A stretch of 64,000 bases of DNA, from positions 62,001-126,000 of the forward strand of contig CAYTYR010000001.1 of the NCBI GenBank assembly GCA_964441745.1, read 5' to 3'. Shown piece by piece: positions 54,867-64,000 of this stretch (position 1 is the stretch's first letter; each line of letters starts with the position of its first letter). The position numbers were made by a program, and so were the translations under genes. Below the pieces are notes generated by a model. It did no database searches. It worked only from the letters and a program-made list of their open reading frames with translations, and was not told where the DNA came from. The stretch is from an uncultured Clostridia bacterium. Lineage in GTDB: Bacteria > CAYTYR01 > UBA6262.

Positions 54867-57800
54867 CTAACAATAGATATCGATCTGTTTGGCTTCCTGG
54901 GACCTGATCCTGATAGCCGCATTATGGCCGATAATACTGCCTGTGATCACTTCTTTAGTACCATCGAGCCAGATGATGGCCATGTTTGCTATCTTAAAGT
55001 CACTGGCAAAAGTATCAATATGCTTACTATTGTGATACACCAACTGAGTAGTACCCAGGAACTTACAGCTGAATATACCCTCCCTGGTAAAATAACTTTT
55101 TGGCAGCGCGGGTTTAAATTCCAGGGTCAGTTCACCCTGGTTATTTAACTTAAATGGTTTCCCGCCCACAGTCATCAGTATCCACATCTCCAGAAATTCA
55201 GCAGTAGAACCGCTCAAACGTGCTACGCAGCCGCGGCCCCACATCCGGCTGTCCGGGAAAGCGCTGGAAACGATAAAAGACGAGTTTTCCAGTATGCTCC
55301 GCCCATAAATCGAAGCTTTTTGGAAACAGACACCGGCTTTTTCAAATTCAGCAAAAAATTCTTCATATAAACCGCCATTGAGCAGTTCTAATAAGTATTT
55401 ATATTCCATATGCAGCCAGATCGATTCGTTTTCCAGCCAGCCGGGAGAAAAAACCGTGCACCGGCCAAAATCCGCCGGTTCTTTGGCCAAGGAAGCGTTG
55501 ACCTTATACATTCCTAATTCCTGGTCATATAATGGGCTTCTCTTCATAGCTTCATATAGCTGCTTAACCTTATTATGGCTTTTTTCTGTTTTCAAGTAAT
55601 GAACTTCTGCTTCCAGGAATAAAGGTAATGGCCGCTTGCTGAATTTCTTGATTTCAACACAAGGCCAGCCTTTATGATTGTGTTTTTTACCTTTTTTATC
55701 CTTGATATAACTGAATTTTTCCGCTTTATGGGTATAATAGGTATAGTACAATCCAGAATTAGGATCAAGAGCTTTGGCCAGGCCAGCATCAATTTTCTGC
55801 AAACATAATTCCAGAAATTTCATATAGGCAGGCCCAAGGACTGGCTTTTCCTTGCCGCTGATACCAAACTTAGTTTCTTCGCGGTATTTTTCCTTCAGGC
55901 TGGTAGCTTTATCCCAAAAAGAATAAGCAGAAATTTTATCTGCGGAGGCCACTAAAGCCTGTAACCCCAGGAAAAACCGCTGCATTTCTTCAGGCAGGTT
56001 GATCTTGTAACCATTCTGGACACCAATTTTACCTAAATGGCTTTGCAGGAACTGGATCATTCTCTTTAATTCAAAGGTTTCCGGGACAGAGGAACCGAAT
56101 ACTCCTGACAAACCATTGAGCGCGTCATACCAGCTAGGCTTATCCGCTTCCATTTCCATGCCAATGCCATCAGGATCCAGGGTGGCTAATTTATTGAGCA
56201 AGAGGCAAGTCATCTTAACCAGTAGATTGGTTCTGTAAATATCGCCTTTCCCTTTTTTATCCCTGACAATATGGGCTTGACTGGCACGGTCCTTAAGCAG
56301 CTCTACTTTCTCCGGGCTGATGATGACTGCGCCGAATTGCCGGATCAGGCCGTTAGCGTCAACATATTTTTCATGCCGTGGCAGGACGATGTGGGCATTA
56401 TCGTAAAAAGTAAACTCTTTTTTCTCGAGCAATATCTCCTGTTCTTTTTCCGGATAAACAGCCAGATATGTTTCTAACAAATCTAAATTATAGGTCCAAT
56501 GGTCGGTCCAGAAACCTTCGCCATGCTCAGCTTCCCTGAGCCGCTGGGCTCGTCCGAAAATCTCCCGGAGCAGCTGTTCTTCGGAAACTTTCAGGGTAAT
56601 CTTATTCTGTTCGATAAAAAGAAGCAAACTGCCAGGTTCAAATTGCTTGGCAAAAAACCGGGCCAGCAGTTCCTGGCCTTTTTTGTCCGTGATCCTGGCC
56701 AGCGCTTTCTTGTTTCCCGCGCTCCCGGCCTTAAAAATAAAATAGGTCCCCTTAACCAATAATGGGTTATAACCATCCAATTGGACCAGGTTATAAAAAG
56801 TCACGACATTAGTATCAACCGTTTTCGGATCAAAGAAAATATCACAGCGTTTGTTCTGGTTAATATCGCGGAAATTACCATCGCCCTGCGAATAATAAGT
56901 CGGAGAGATCAGATAATTATTATAGTCACGCTCCAGGTCACCATGCTTGCGGGCAAAAACAAAAAAGGGGATACTGCTCTCCCCGGCTGGCAGCTTAACC
57001 GGCATGCCCCCGCGCAAAACATTATCCAGGTAAGTCTGCCGGCAATATAAATTGAATTCCCGTCGGCTGGATTGGGTCTGGATCGGCTCGGAAATATCCT
57101 GGATAATCTGTTTATTCTCATCCCGTTTACGGTTGAAATAGCCGACATCCCTGGCTTTCTCGAAATGATCATTCAGTTGTTGTTCACTGTCCACATGCCC
57201 GGTCATCGAGTAGATGGTCTGAGCCTGCCCGGCAGCCAAGGCGCATTTAAAGAAACTCATCGCCGCCGGATATTTATTGTCACCAAATTGTTTCACTGGC
57301 AGGATAAAATCCTGTTGCTTAATAAAGGCCGCTGGATAATTATAATCAGTGACTTCGCCAAAGATCAATTCCGGGTCAATGATCATCTGTGTTGGGTGTA
57401 ATTCCCCGTTAAGATTTTCCAGGGTAAAATAGAAGTTTCCCTCTTTCAGCGCATGTACTTCTGGCCGGTCACTGATTTCAACCTTTAATTGGTAAAAAGG
57501 CAGGCCGGTCTTTTCAAAATTAGTTACTTTGGCCCAAGCTTGGGCCGTGTGGCTCATATATTTCAGCACATCATTGCTTGTCCAATAGGGAATTATTTTT
57601 GGCAAGCCATCAATTACTTCCAGCTCAAGTTCATTATTACCGGTATTGATTACTTCGACGATACGCACTAGCGCTGCTATTGGCTCCTGCGGCAGGGTAA
57701 AGTACTTGACGATGATCTTGAGGCCAATAGTTTCATTAGTCTCTTCTAATATCAATTCGGCCGGATGAATGAACATTTTCTGAGTGGTTTTATAAGCATT

Positions 57801-58139
57801 ATTAGCGTTATTGTTCTGGAAAGGTTCATAAAACCGAACCTGATCTTGGTGTTTTATCTTAATAAAGGTGCGGAAGCCAATATTAGGAGTGAGTCCATAC
57901 GACCGGTTGGCTGGCTGGTACTCCATAATGGAATAATTCTTGCCTTTAATGCCAAAAGAGGCGATGCTTTGTCCCCGGTTGACGTAAAACAGCCACATCG
58001 GAATACCTTTAAGGCCGGCAATCCCCGGGAAAAAACTGGAAAAGGTCCTGGCCAGGTTGTAATTATCTATTTCAAAGGTACCATCGTCATGTAACTGGTA
58101 TTTTACTTCATCTTCTTCTTTCACATACGCGCTAACCAT
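54867..58139 (-). CDS. Large glycoside phosphorylase, GH161-like (beta-1,3-glucan phosphorylase)
   Basis: FPGIAG..GIPMW.FYVNRGQ, RKHGDLERDYN, GFWTDHWTY, MEADKPSWYDALNG, GWLENESIWLHM.YKY, RLSGSTAEF. Confidence 0.75.
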   Translation of the reverse strand: MVSAYVKEEDEVKYQLHDDGTFEIDNYNLARTFSSFFPGIAGLKGIPMWLFYVNRGQSIASFGIKGKNYSIMEYQPANRSYGLTPNIGFRTFIKIKHQDQVRFYEPFQNNNANNAYKTTQKMFIHPAELILEETNETIGLKIIVKYFTLPQEPIAALVRIVEVINTGNNELELEVIDGLPKIIPYWTSNDVLKYMSHTAQAWAKVTNFEKTGLPFYQLKVEISDRPEVHALKEGNFYFTLENLNGELHPTQMIIDPELIFGEVTDYNYPAAFIKQQDFILPVKQFGDNKYPAAMSFFKCALAAGQAQTIYSMTGHVDSEQQLNDHFEKARDVGYFNRKRDENKQIIQDISEPIQTQSSRREFNLYCRQTYLDNVLRGGMPVKLPAGESSIPFFVFARKHGDLERDYNNYLISPTYYSQGDGNFRDINQNKRCDIFFDPKTVDTNVVTFYNLVQLDGYNPLLVKGTYFIFKAGSAGNKKALARITDKKGQELLARFFAKQFEPGSLLLFIEQNKITLKVSEEQLLREIFGRAQRLREAEHGEGFWTDHWTYNLDLLETYLAVYPEKEQEILLEKKEFTFYDNAHIVLPRHEKYVDANGLIRQFGAVIISPEKVELLKDRASQAHIVRDKKGKGDIYRTNLLVKMTCLLLNKLATLDPDGIGMEMEADKPSWYDALNGLSGVFGSSVPETFELKRMIQFLQSHLGKIGVQNGYKINLPEEMQRFFLGLQALVASADKISAYSFWDKATSLKEKYREETKFGISGKEKPVLGPAYMKFLELCLQKIDAGLAKALDPNSGLYYTYYTHKAEKFSYIKDKKGKKHNHKGWPCVEIKKFSKRPLPLFLEAEVHYLKTEKSHNKVKQLYEAMKRSPLYDQELGMYKVNASLAKEPADFGRCTVFSPGWLENESIWLHMEYKYLLELLNGGLYEEFFAEFEKAGVCFQKASIYGRSILENSSFIVSSAFPDSRMWGRGCVARLSGSTAEFLEMWILMTVGGKPFKLNNQGELTLEFKPALPKSYFTREGIFSCKFLGTTQLVYHNSKHIDTFASDFKIANMAIIWLDGTKEVITGSIIGHNAAIRIRSQEAKQIDIYC

Positions 58140-58252
58140 TTCATTCTCTCCTTAGTTCAATAAAAATAAAAAAAAGACTCTCTCCGAGTCCTTATATATA
58201 TACCCCAAAAGGGGGGTACAAATCAAGCAAATTATTGGCGCATGTCAATCCC

Positions 58253-59374
58253 CTATAATAATGGTTTTACCAAGCCAGCCACGATCCTGGCTATAGCTAA
58301 AGAGCCGGTTAGCCCGGGAGATTCTATCCCGATCAGGTTAATTAATCCCGGACAACCCCTGTTTTCTTCATGCCTGATCACAAAATCCCTGAATTCTTCA
58401 CCAGGACCTTGCAGTTTAGGCCTGATCCCTGAGGTATCAGGAGTGATTTCTTCTCTGCTCACGCCGGGGAAAAAATTGTTAATACTGGCGCAAAACGCCG
58501 CGGCCTTGGCTGGATCAACATTATAATCGATCTTCTGCACGTATTCATCATCCGGGCCAAGCCGGACAGAACCACCCAAGTCCGGAGTAAGATGGATGCC
58601 CAATCCGCCACTACTGGGTTTCGGTACCGGGTAAACCAAATGATTGATCAGGGCAGATGTGGCCGGAGCTAGCCGGAAATAATCCCCTTTGCAGAACTTG
58701 AGCCGGTATTCCTCCAAGCTTAGGCCAGCCATCGCCGCTACCTTATCTGAATGCAGTCCGGCACAGTTGATAATTATTTTTGTGTCAAAAGTAAAACTTT
58801 CCTGACTATCATCAGTAACTGTAAGTTCATACCCGCTGTTTATTTTAGTTATTTTTGTCAATTCGGTATTATAGGCAATCTCGCCACCGTCTTTTTTAAA
58901 AGAAGCGGCTAATTGTTTCATATAACTGTGGGTATCAAAGATGCCAGTGGACGGTGAAAATAATCCTGCTACCGCCAGAAGATGAGGTTCCAATGACTGC
59001 AACCTGGCTTTAGTTAACTGCTCCAGGTCTTCTACCCCATTTTCCCGGCCACGCTGGAAAAGCCTATCCAGGTCTTCTTCCTCATCCTGATTAGCGGCAA
59101 TAATTAATTTACCTAAACGCTTAAAGGGAATATTATGGCTTTGGCAAAAATCATATAAAAGCCTATTTCCTTCCAGACAGGTTTTTAATTTCAGCGTATC
59201 TAAAGGGTAATAAATACCGGCGTGAATGACTTCACTGTTCCGGGAGCTTGTTTCCTGGCCAAAAGAGGGATATTTTTCCACAACAAAAATATCTTGCTGC
59301 TGGCGGGCCAGTTCCGCGGCCACGCTTAATCCTATCACCCCTGCCCCGATTATCGTGATCTTTACTTTTTCCAT
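58253..59374 (-). CDS. FAD-dependent oxidoreductase (L-2-hydroxyglutarate oxidase-like)
   Basis: IIGAGVIG, SSRNSEVIHAGIYY, GLGIH, GIRPK, GIESPGLT. Confidence 0.88.
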   Translation of the reverse strand: MEKVKITIIGAGVIGLSVAAELARQQQDIFVVEKYPSFGQETSSRNSEVIHAGIYYPLDTLKLKTCLEGNRLLYDFCQSHNIPFKRLGKLIIAANQDEEEDLDRLFQRGRENGVEDLEQLTKARLQSLEPHLLAVAGLFSPSTGIFDTHSYMKQLAASFKKDGGEIAYNTELTKITKINSGYELTVTDDSQESFTFDTKIIINCAGLHSDKVAAMAGLSLEEYRLKFCKGDYFRLAPATSALINHLVYPVPKPSSGGLGIHLTPDLGGSVRLGPDDEYVQKIDYNVDPAKAAAFCASINNFFPGVSREEITPDTSGIRPKLQGPGEEFRDFVIRHEENRGCPGLINLIGIESPGLTGSLAIARIVAGLVKPLL

Positions 59375-59446
59375 TGTTTATTGTTTCTGCCTTTATTTAT
59401 TTTAGTTTGCCTCCGGTGTATTATAACATAGTCCTGGCTCTTTTTT

Positions 59447-60505
59447 CTACTGTTTCACTTGCGGAAACCAGTGGCGGGTTTTATTGGAAAATTTAACCAA
59501 ACTGAGCATGATCGGTACTTCCGTGAGTACACCGACCACAGTTGCCAGCGCCGCTCCGCTCTTTAAGCCAAAAAGAGAAATTGCTACTGCCACTGATAAT
59601 TCAAAAAAATTGCTTGCTCCGATCAGGGCGGCAGGAGACGCAATATCATGGGGCAAATGCCATTTTTTAGACCACCAATAGCCGATAAAGAAAATGAAAT
59701 AGGTCTGGATAGTCAGGGGGACAGCAATGAGCAGGATATGCAAAGGATTCCCGAGTATAATATTCCCCTGGAACGCAAAAAGGATAATCAGGGTCAATAA
59801 TAACCCTATCACGGTAATTGGTTTAAGAGCCTTTAAAAACACCTGTTCAAACCACTCGGCTCCTTTTCTCTTCAATAAATATACCCTGGAAAGATAACCC
59901 CCGGTCAAAGGCACAACTACAAAAAGAATAGTAGAATAGATCAAGGTATCATACGGCACGGTTATCTGGTTCACGCCTAATAAAAACTTAACGATCGGAA
60001 CAAAGGCTATTAAGATCACCAGGTCGTTAACCGCTACCTGCACCAGAGTATGGGCTGGATTGCCTTTAGTTAAATAGCTCCAGACAAAGACCATAGCTGT
60101 ACAAGGCGCGGCTCCCAATAGTATAGCGCCGGCTATATACTCTTTCGCTAAGGCCGGATCAATAAAGGCCGCAAACAAATACTTTAAGAAGATCACGGCA
60201 AAAACAGCCATGGTAAATGGCTTGATCAGCCAGTTAACCACCAGGGTGACAGCCAATCCTTTTGGTTTTTTCCCGACTTTAACAATACTGGAAAAATCGA
60301 TCTGCACCATCATCGGATAGATCATCAGCCAGATCAGGACCGCTACCGGTATATTCACCTGGGAAATTTCCAAAGTACTTAAGAAATTCACTCCCGCGGG
60401 AAATATCTTACCGATAATTATCCCGGCCATGATACAAAAAATAACCCAGAGCGAAAGATATCTCTCAAAAAAGGGCAGCTTAACAACGCTGTCAGCTTCT
60501 GTCAT
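59447..60505 (-). CDS. acr3: Acr3 arsenite efflux transporter
   Basis: FERYLSLWV, MIYPMM, NWLIKPF, APCTAMVFVW, GASNFFELSVAVAI, EVP. Confidence 0.93.
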   Translation of the reverse strand: MTEADSVVKLPFFERYLSLWVIFCIMAGIIIGKIFPAGVNFLSTLEISQVNIPVAVLIWLMIYPMMVQIDFSSIVKVGKKPKGLAVTLVVNWLIKPFTMAVFAVIFLKYLFAAFIDPALAKEYIAGAILLGAAPCTAMVFVWSYLTKGNPAHTLVQVAVNDLVILIAFVPIVKFLLGVNQITVPYDTLIYSTILFVVVPLTGGYLSRVYLLKRKGAEWFEQVFLKALKPITVIGLLLTLIILFAFQGNIILGNPLHILLIAVPLTIQTYFIFFIGYWWSKKWHLPHDIASPAALIGASNFFELSVAVAISLFGLKSGAALATVVGVLTEVPIMLSLVKFSNKTRHWFPQVKQ

Positions 60506-60518
60506 GAATAAAGTCTCC

Positions 60519-60821
60519 TTATTTTTCCACTAAGTATTTTTCAAACAATTCTTTATCCCAATTAAGCTGGGTCCCGGCAGCCTGCAATGAGGAAAGAAGA
60601 ATAGCTTCTGCTACTTCCTGCTTGGTGGCTCCTGCGGCCAAGGCATCTTTAATATGATGCTCAGTGCAATGCGGGCACCTAAAGACTGAAGCCACTGCCA
60701 GCCGGATCAATTCCTTGGTTTTTGCATCAAGCACGGTCCCTTGTTTTGCCGCGTTCGAAAAATGCTGATACGCTGCTCCCAGTTGGGATTGTTTCAAATA
60801 CCACGGTGTTTCATTTGCCAT
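60519..60821 (-). CDS. CMD/AhpD-like protein
   Basis: LDAKTKELI, CPHCTEHH, GAT..EVAE. Confidence 0.85.
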   Translation of the reverse strand: MANETPWYLKQSQLGAAYQHFSNAAKQGTVLDAKTKELIRLAVASVFRCPHCTEHHIKDALAAGATKQEVAEAILLSSLQAAGTQLNWDKELFEKYLVEK

Positions 60822-60849
60822 ATTGCGCCTCCTTTAATAATATTTGTGC

Positions 60850-61560
60850 CTACATTTGCTTAGCCGTATATATAAGGTAAATACCTCCTAATAAGACCAA
60901 CACCCCGCAGATTTTCTTCACTATGACCGCGTCTTTTGATCTTTCAGTCCAGTTAAGATATCCCTGTACTACCTCAGTGAAGGTGCCAGCCAGTACGATC
61001 ACCGAGATATGCCCAAGAGCATAAGACAGGACCAGGATTACTGCCAGCAAGAGGTTACTAGCTCCTACGGTAAACGCTACTCCCAGCATTGGCGCCATAT
61101 AAGCGAAGGTACAAGGGCCAAGAGCGATACCGAAAATTAATCCCAGTATGAATGCTGCTGCTAATCCCTTTTTCTGGTATGCCGGCTGGCCAGATTTCCC
61201 TAAAAAAGGCAAGGGGATTATACCGAGCAGGTGCAAACCGACCACCAAGAATATTATCGCGACAAAATAATTACCCCAGGATCCGACATCACCCATGATC
61301 CGGCCCAGCAGGCCGGTAATTACTCCTATAAGTGCAATCGTGATCAGGATACCGGATGAAAATAAGGTAGAGAGTAAAAACGCGTGTTTTGTAGAAATAC
61401 GCCCCTGTTCATCAATAAAGCCAATGATTAAGGGGATGCTGGCCAAATGGCATGGGCTCAAAATAATACTTAGCACACCCCAAATAAAAGAAGCAGTTAT
61501 GGCTATGAACGGATTGGCATAAAGAGCATTACTAAGCCAGGTGAAGAGACTAACCAGCAT
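60850..61560 (-). CDS. CcdA-like thiol:disulfide membrane electron transporter
   Basis: SPCHL and GPCT motifs in a 6-7 TM protein. Confidence 0.85.
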   Translation of the reverse strand: MLVSLFTWLSNALYANPFIAITASFIWGVLSIILSPCHLASIPLIIGFIDEQGRISTKHAFLLSTLFSSGILITIALIGVITGLLGRIMGDVGSWGNYFVAIIFLVVGLHLLGIIPLPFLGKSGQPAYQKKGLAAAFILGLIFGIALGPCTFAYMAPMLGVAFTVGASNLLLAVILVLSYALGHISVIVLAGTFTEVVQGYLNWTERSKDAVIVKKICGVLVLLGGIYLIYTAKQM

Positions 61561-61949
61561 TATTTAACTCCCTGCTGTTTTAGTACTTTCACTACTTCCT
61601 CTTTAGGGAAAAAACCCAGATGACGGAAGTATTCCTTACCATCCTTGTCCAAAAAAACCTGGGTAGGAATAGCGCGTATTTGGTATTTCTCACCATATGG
61701 CCGGCCAGCCGCAGTCCACACATCATAAAAAACTACTTCTACCTGTCCTTGGTATTCTTTTTTAATGTCTTCTATAATGGGCTGCATCATCTTGCAAGGA
61801 ACACATTTAACCGAACCTAATTCAATAAACGTCACTTTTATAGTTTTTTGTTTTTTCTGGTGGTTGGTTTCCTTTGATGCGCCATAGATATCAATCAGGC
61901 TCATGATCAATACCGCGCTTACCAGGACCACATATTTTAAATACTTCAT
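61560..61949 (-). CDS. Exported thioredoxin-family protein
   Basis: Signal peptide, CVPC, IPTQVF. Confidence 0.85.
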   Translation of the reverse strand: MKYLKYVVLVSAVLIMSLIDIYGASKETNHQKKQKTIKVTFIELGSVKCVPCKMMQPIIEDIKKEYQGQVEVVFYDVWTAAGRPYGEKYQIRAIPTQVFLDKDGKEYFRHLGFFPKEEVVKVLKQQGVK

Positions 61950-61967
61950 TCATTGACTCTCCTGTAG

Positions 61968-62768
61968 TTATTTTAAAGCAGGTTTTATTCCCGATACGCG
62001 AATACTGGTAACTATCTTAGTCAAATCGCTGGCCGCCCCAACCACATTTTCTACGGCCAAAGCAGGCTCAGCGGCTGTTTTAACCTCACGGAAGCCGACA
62101 GCTTTAATCAGGTTGAGATATTCTTCTTTCAGTATTGCCCCGGCAATACAGGCGACATAGGCTTCAAATGAACGCTTCAGCTCAGCAGACAATTCTTTAA
62201 GCAATACCATGTCTGACACCATGATCCGGCCGCCTGGTTTCAATACCCGAAAAACTTCCTGGAATACTTTCTTTTTATCCGGGGAAAGATTAATAACACA
62301 ATTGGAGATGACCACATCAACTGAATTATCCGCTACCGGCAGGTTTTCAATCTCGCCTAACTTGAACTCTACATTTCGGTAATTTCCTTTTTCCGCATTT
62401 TGACGTGCTTTCTTGATCATTTCCGGGGTCATATCAACGCCAATGACCTGGCCTTTTTCTCCTACTTTGCGCGCGGACATAAAACAATCTATGCCCGCGC
62501 CAGAGCCCAGGTCAAGAACAGTTTCGCCTTCCCGCAAAGAAGCAAACGCAGTGGGATTACCGCAGCCAAGTCCAAGATTAGCATCTTTGGGTATATTAGC
62601 CAGGTCTTCAGCATTATAGCCTAGTTTCTGGCTGGCCTCAGCCGCGGAACGCGTCCCGCCACAGCATGAGCTTGAAGAGCCGCAGCAGCATGACCCATTA
62701 GTCTCGGCAATTTTCCCATAACTGTCCTGCACTATCTTTTTAATATCCTTTGGCTTTTCCATTTTCAT
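61968..62768 (-). CDS. arsM: Arsenite methyltransferase
   Basis: [30 protein letters not shown]; Cys-rich N-terminus. Confidence 0.92.
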   Translation of the reverse strand: MKMEKPKDIKKIVQDSYGKIAETNGSCCCGSSSSCCGGTRSAAEASQKLGYNAEDLANIPKDANLGLGCGNPTAFASLREGETVLDLGSGAGIDCFMSARKVGEKGQVIGVDMTPEMIKKARQNAEKGNYRNVEFKLGEIENLPVADNSVDVVISNCVINLSPDKKKVFQEVFRVLKPGGRIMVSDMVLLKELSAELKRSFEAYVACIAGAILKEEYLNLIKAVGFREVKTAAEPALAVENVVGAASDLTKIVTSIRVSGIKPALK

Positions 62769-62771
62769 CTC

Positions 62772-63017
62772 CTATTTTGTCTGCTTTTCTAAGATCCACT
62801 TTTTTATCTCTTCTTTAGATGGGATCCTGCCGGCTACCACCACTTTGGCATCAATAACCAAAGCCGGAGTGATCATCACTCCATAATTCATAATGTCGCT
62901 GATTTGATCTACCTTTACTATTTCCGCAGGGATTCCAAGTTCCTTCACAGTTTCAGTAACTATTCCCGTTAGTTTTTTGCATTTCGGGCAACCCATACCC
63001 AAAATCTCAATTTTCAT
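62772..63017 (-). CDS. Small redox-active disulfide protein (thioredoxin-like)
   Basis: ILGMGCPKC, YGVMITPALVI. Confidence 0.88.
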   Translation of the reverse strand: MKIEILGMGCPKCKKLTGIVTETVKELGIPAEIVKVDQISDIMNYGVMITPALVIDAKVVVAGRIPSKEEIKKWILEKQTK

Positions 63018-63025
63018 CGTTCCCC

Positions 63026-63979
63026 CTATTTCATTATTATATTAAACAAGTATCCGGTAAACATAATTCCTAAGCCAACGATCCCGGCAAAAATCAGTAT
63101 TAGTTTAACTTTCATTACCTTCTTCAAGATCAAGAATTCTGGCAAGGAAAGACCGGTGACTGCCATCATGAACGCCAGGGCCGTACCCAGCCCTACTCCT
63201 TTTTCTACCAAGGCTTTAACCATCGGGATAACACCTGCGGCATTGGAATAAAGGGGTATGCCGATCAAAGTGGCTAAGGGGACAGCGAACCATTTGTCTT
63301 TACCGGCATATTGTGCCAGGAAATCAGCTGGGACATACCCATGGATCCAAGCTCCCAAACCAATACCTATTAATACATAAAGGCCTATTCTTTTTAAAAT
63401 ATCCCGGGTATAGCTTTTAGCAAACTCCACTCTCTCACGGAAGCTGGTTTTCCCGGGGACTGCGGAACAACAGGTCTGCGTCTTATGAACAATAGTTTCT
63501 ACCAAGTTTTCTACTTTTAACATGCCAATGATTAATCCTGAAATTATGGCGATCACCAAGCCGCTAAAAATATAGATTACCGCTATTTTCCAGCCAAACA
63601 TACCCCAGAGCATAACTAAAGCTACTTCATTGATCATGGGAGATGATACCAGGAAAGAAAAAGTCACACCCAAGGGGACTCCGGCTTCAACAAAACCCAG
63701 GAACAAAGGTATAGCGCTGCAAGTACAAAATGGGGTAACAATACCCAGTAAGGCAGCTAAAATATTACCGATATAGGTGTGTTTATGGCTTAAAATAGCC
63801 CTGGTTCTTTCTGGCGGAAAGAAAGTGCGGATAAAAGAAACCATAAAGATGATGGTGACCAGCAAAAAGAAGATCTTGATCGTATCATAGACAAAAAAGT
63901 GGACGGCCGAGCCAAACAGGGTGCTGGCGGACAAGCCTAGTATCTTAAATACCAGCCAATCAGCGAATGTAATGATCAT
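63026..63979 (-). CDS. ArsP/DUF318-type permease
   Basis: TPFCTCSAIP, SSPMINE, GIPLYSN, LSLPE. Confidence 0.88.
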   Translation of the reverse strand: MIITFADWLVFKILGLSASTLFGSAVHFFVYDTIKIFFLLVTIIFMVSFIRTFFPPERTRAILSHKHTYIGNILAALLGIVTPFCTCSAIPLFLGFVEAGVPLGVTFSFLVSSPMINEVALVMLWGMFGWKIAVIYIFSGLVIAIISGLIIGMLKVENLVETIVHKTQTCCSAVPGKTSFRERVEFAKSYTRDILKRIGLYVLIGIGLGAWIHGYVPADFLAQYAGKDKWFAVPLATLIGIPLYSNAAGVIPMVKALVEKGVGLGTALAFMMAVTGLSLPEFLILKKVMKVKLILIFAGIVGLGIMFTGYLFNIIMK

Positions 63980-64000
63980 TTACCTCTCCCCTTTCCGGGA

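Noticed and set aside
59447-63979. Selenocysteine recoding in the redox and ars genes
   Set aside because: All the CxxC motifs are ordinary Cys and the ORFs are full length.

Overview
64 kb of bacterial chromosome, probably from an anaerobic diderm; the lineage cannot be determined from sequence alone. Almost every gene is on the minus strand. The backbone is housekeeping: nucleoside catabolism and pentose-phosphate genes (pdp, purine nucleoside phosphorylase, deoB, deoC, split transketolase, rpiB, tpiA), the glycine cleavage system plus lipoylation, gltX with tRNA-Gln and tRNA-Glu, hisG, thiL-tsaE-tsaB-rimI, acpS and nnrD. It also carries several two-component and c-di-GMP genes, a GH161/GH5 beta-glucan locus and an arsenic-resistance cluster. 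Three things stand out. (1) A type III restriction-modification island splits acpS from nnrD. Between mod and res it carries a DUF3800 gene facing an unannotated, highly structured ~67-100 nt RNA with its own near-consensus promoter and terminator, a candidate RNA-protein defence module. (2) A DnaA-type AAA+ protein lacks the DNA-binding domain IV and shares unrecognised N- and C-terminal domains with an ATPase-less paralogue that is translationally coupled to a PilT-like ATPase; the two paralogues bracket the gcv genes. (3) A 106-aa protein carries only the class III RNR (NrdD) glycyl-radical tail and sits in an Rrf2/superoxide-reductase operon, a possible 'spare part' for O2-cleaved RNR. Also present: tRNA-linked 64-bp tandem repeats, nested REP-like elements, a MITE-like pair, heptamer repeats in frame inside enzymes, and two small basic ORFs missed by the ORF track. 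All family assignments come from motif recognition, not database searches.
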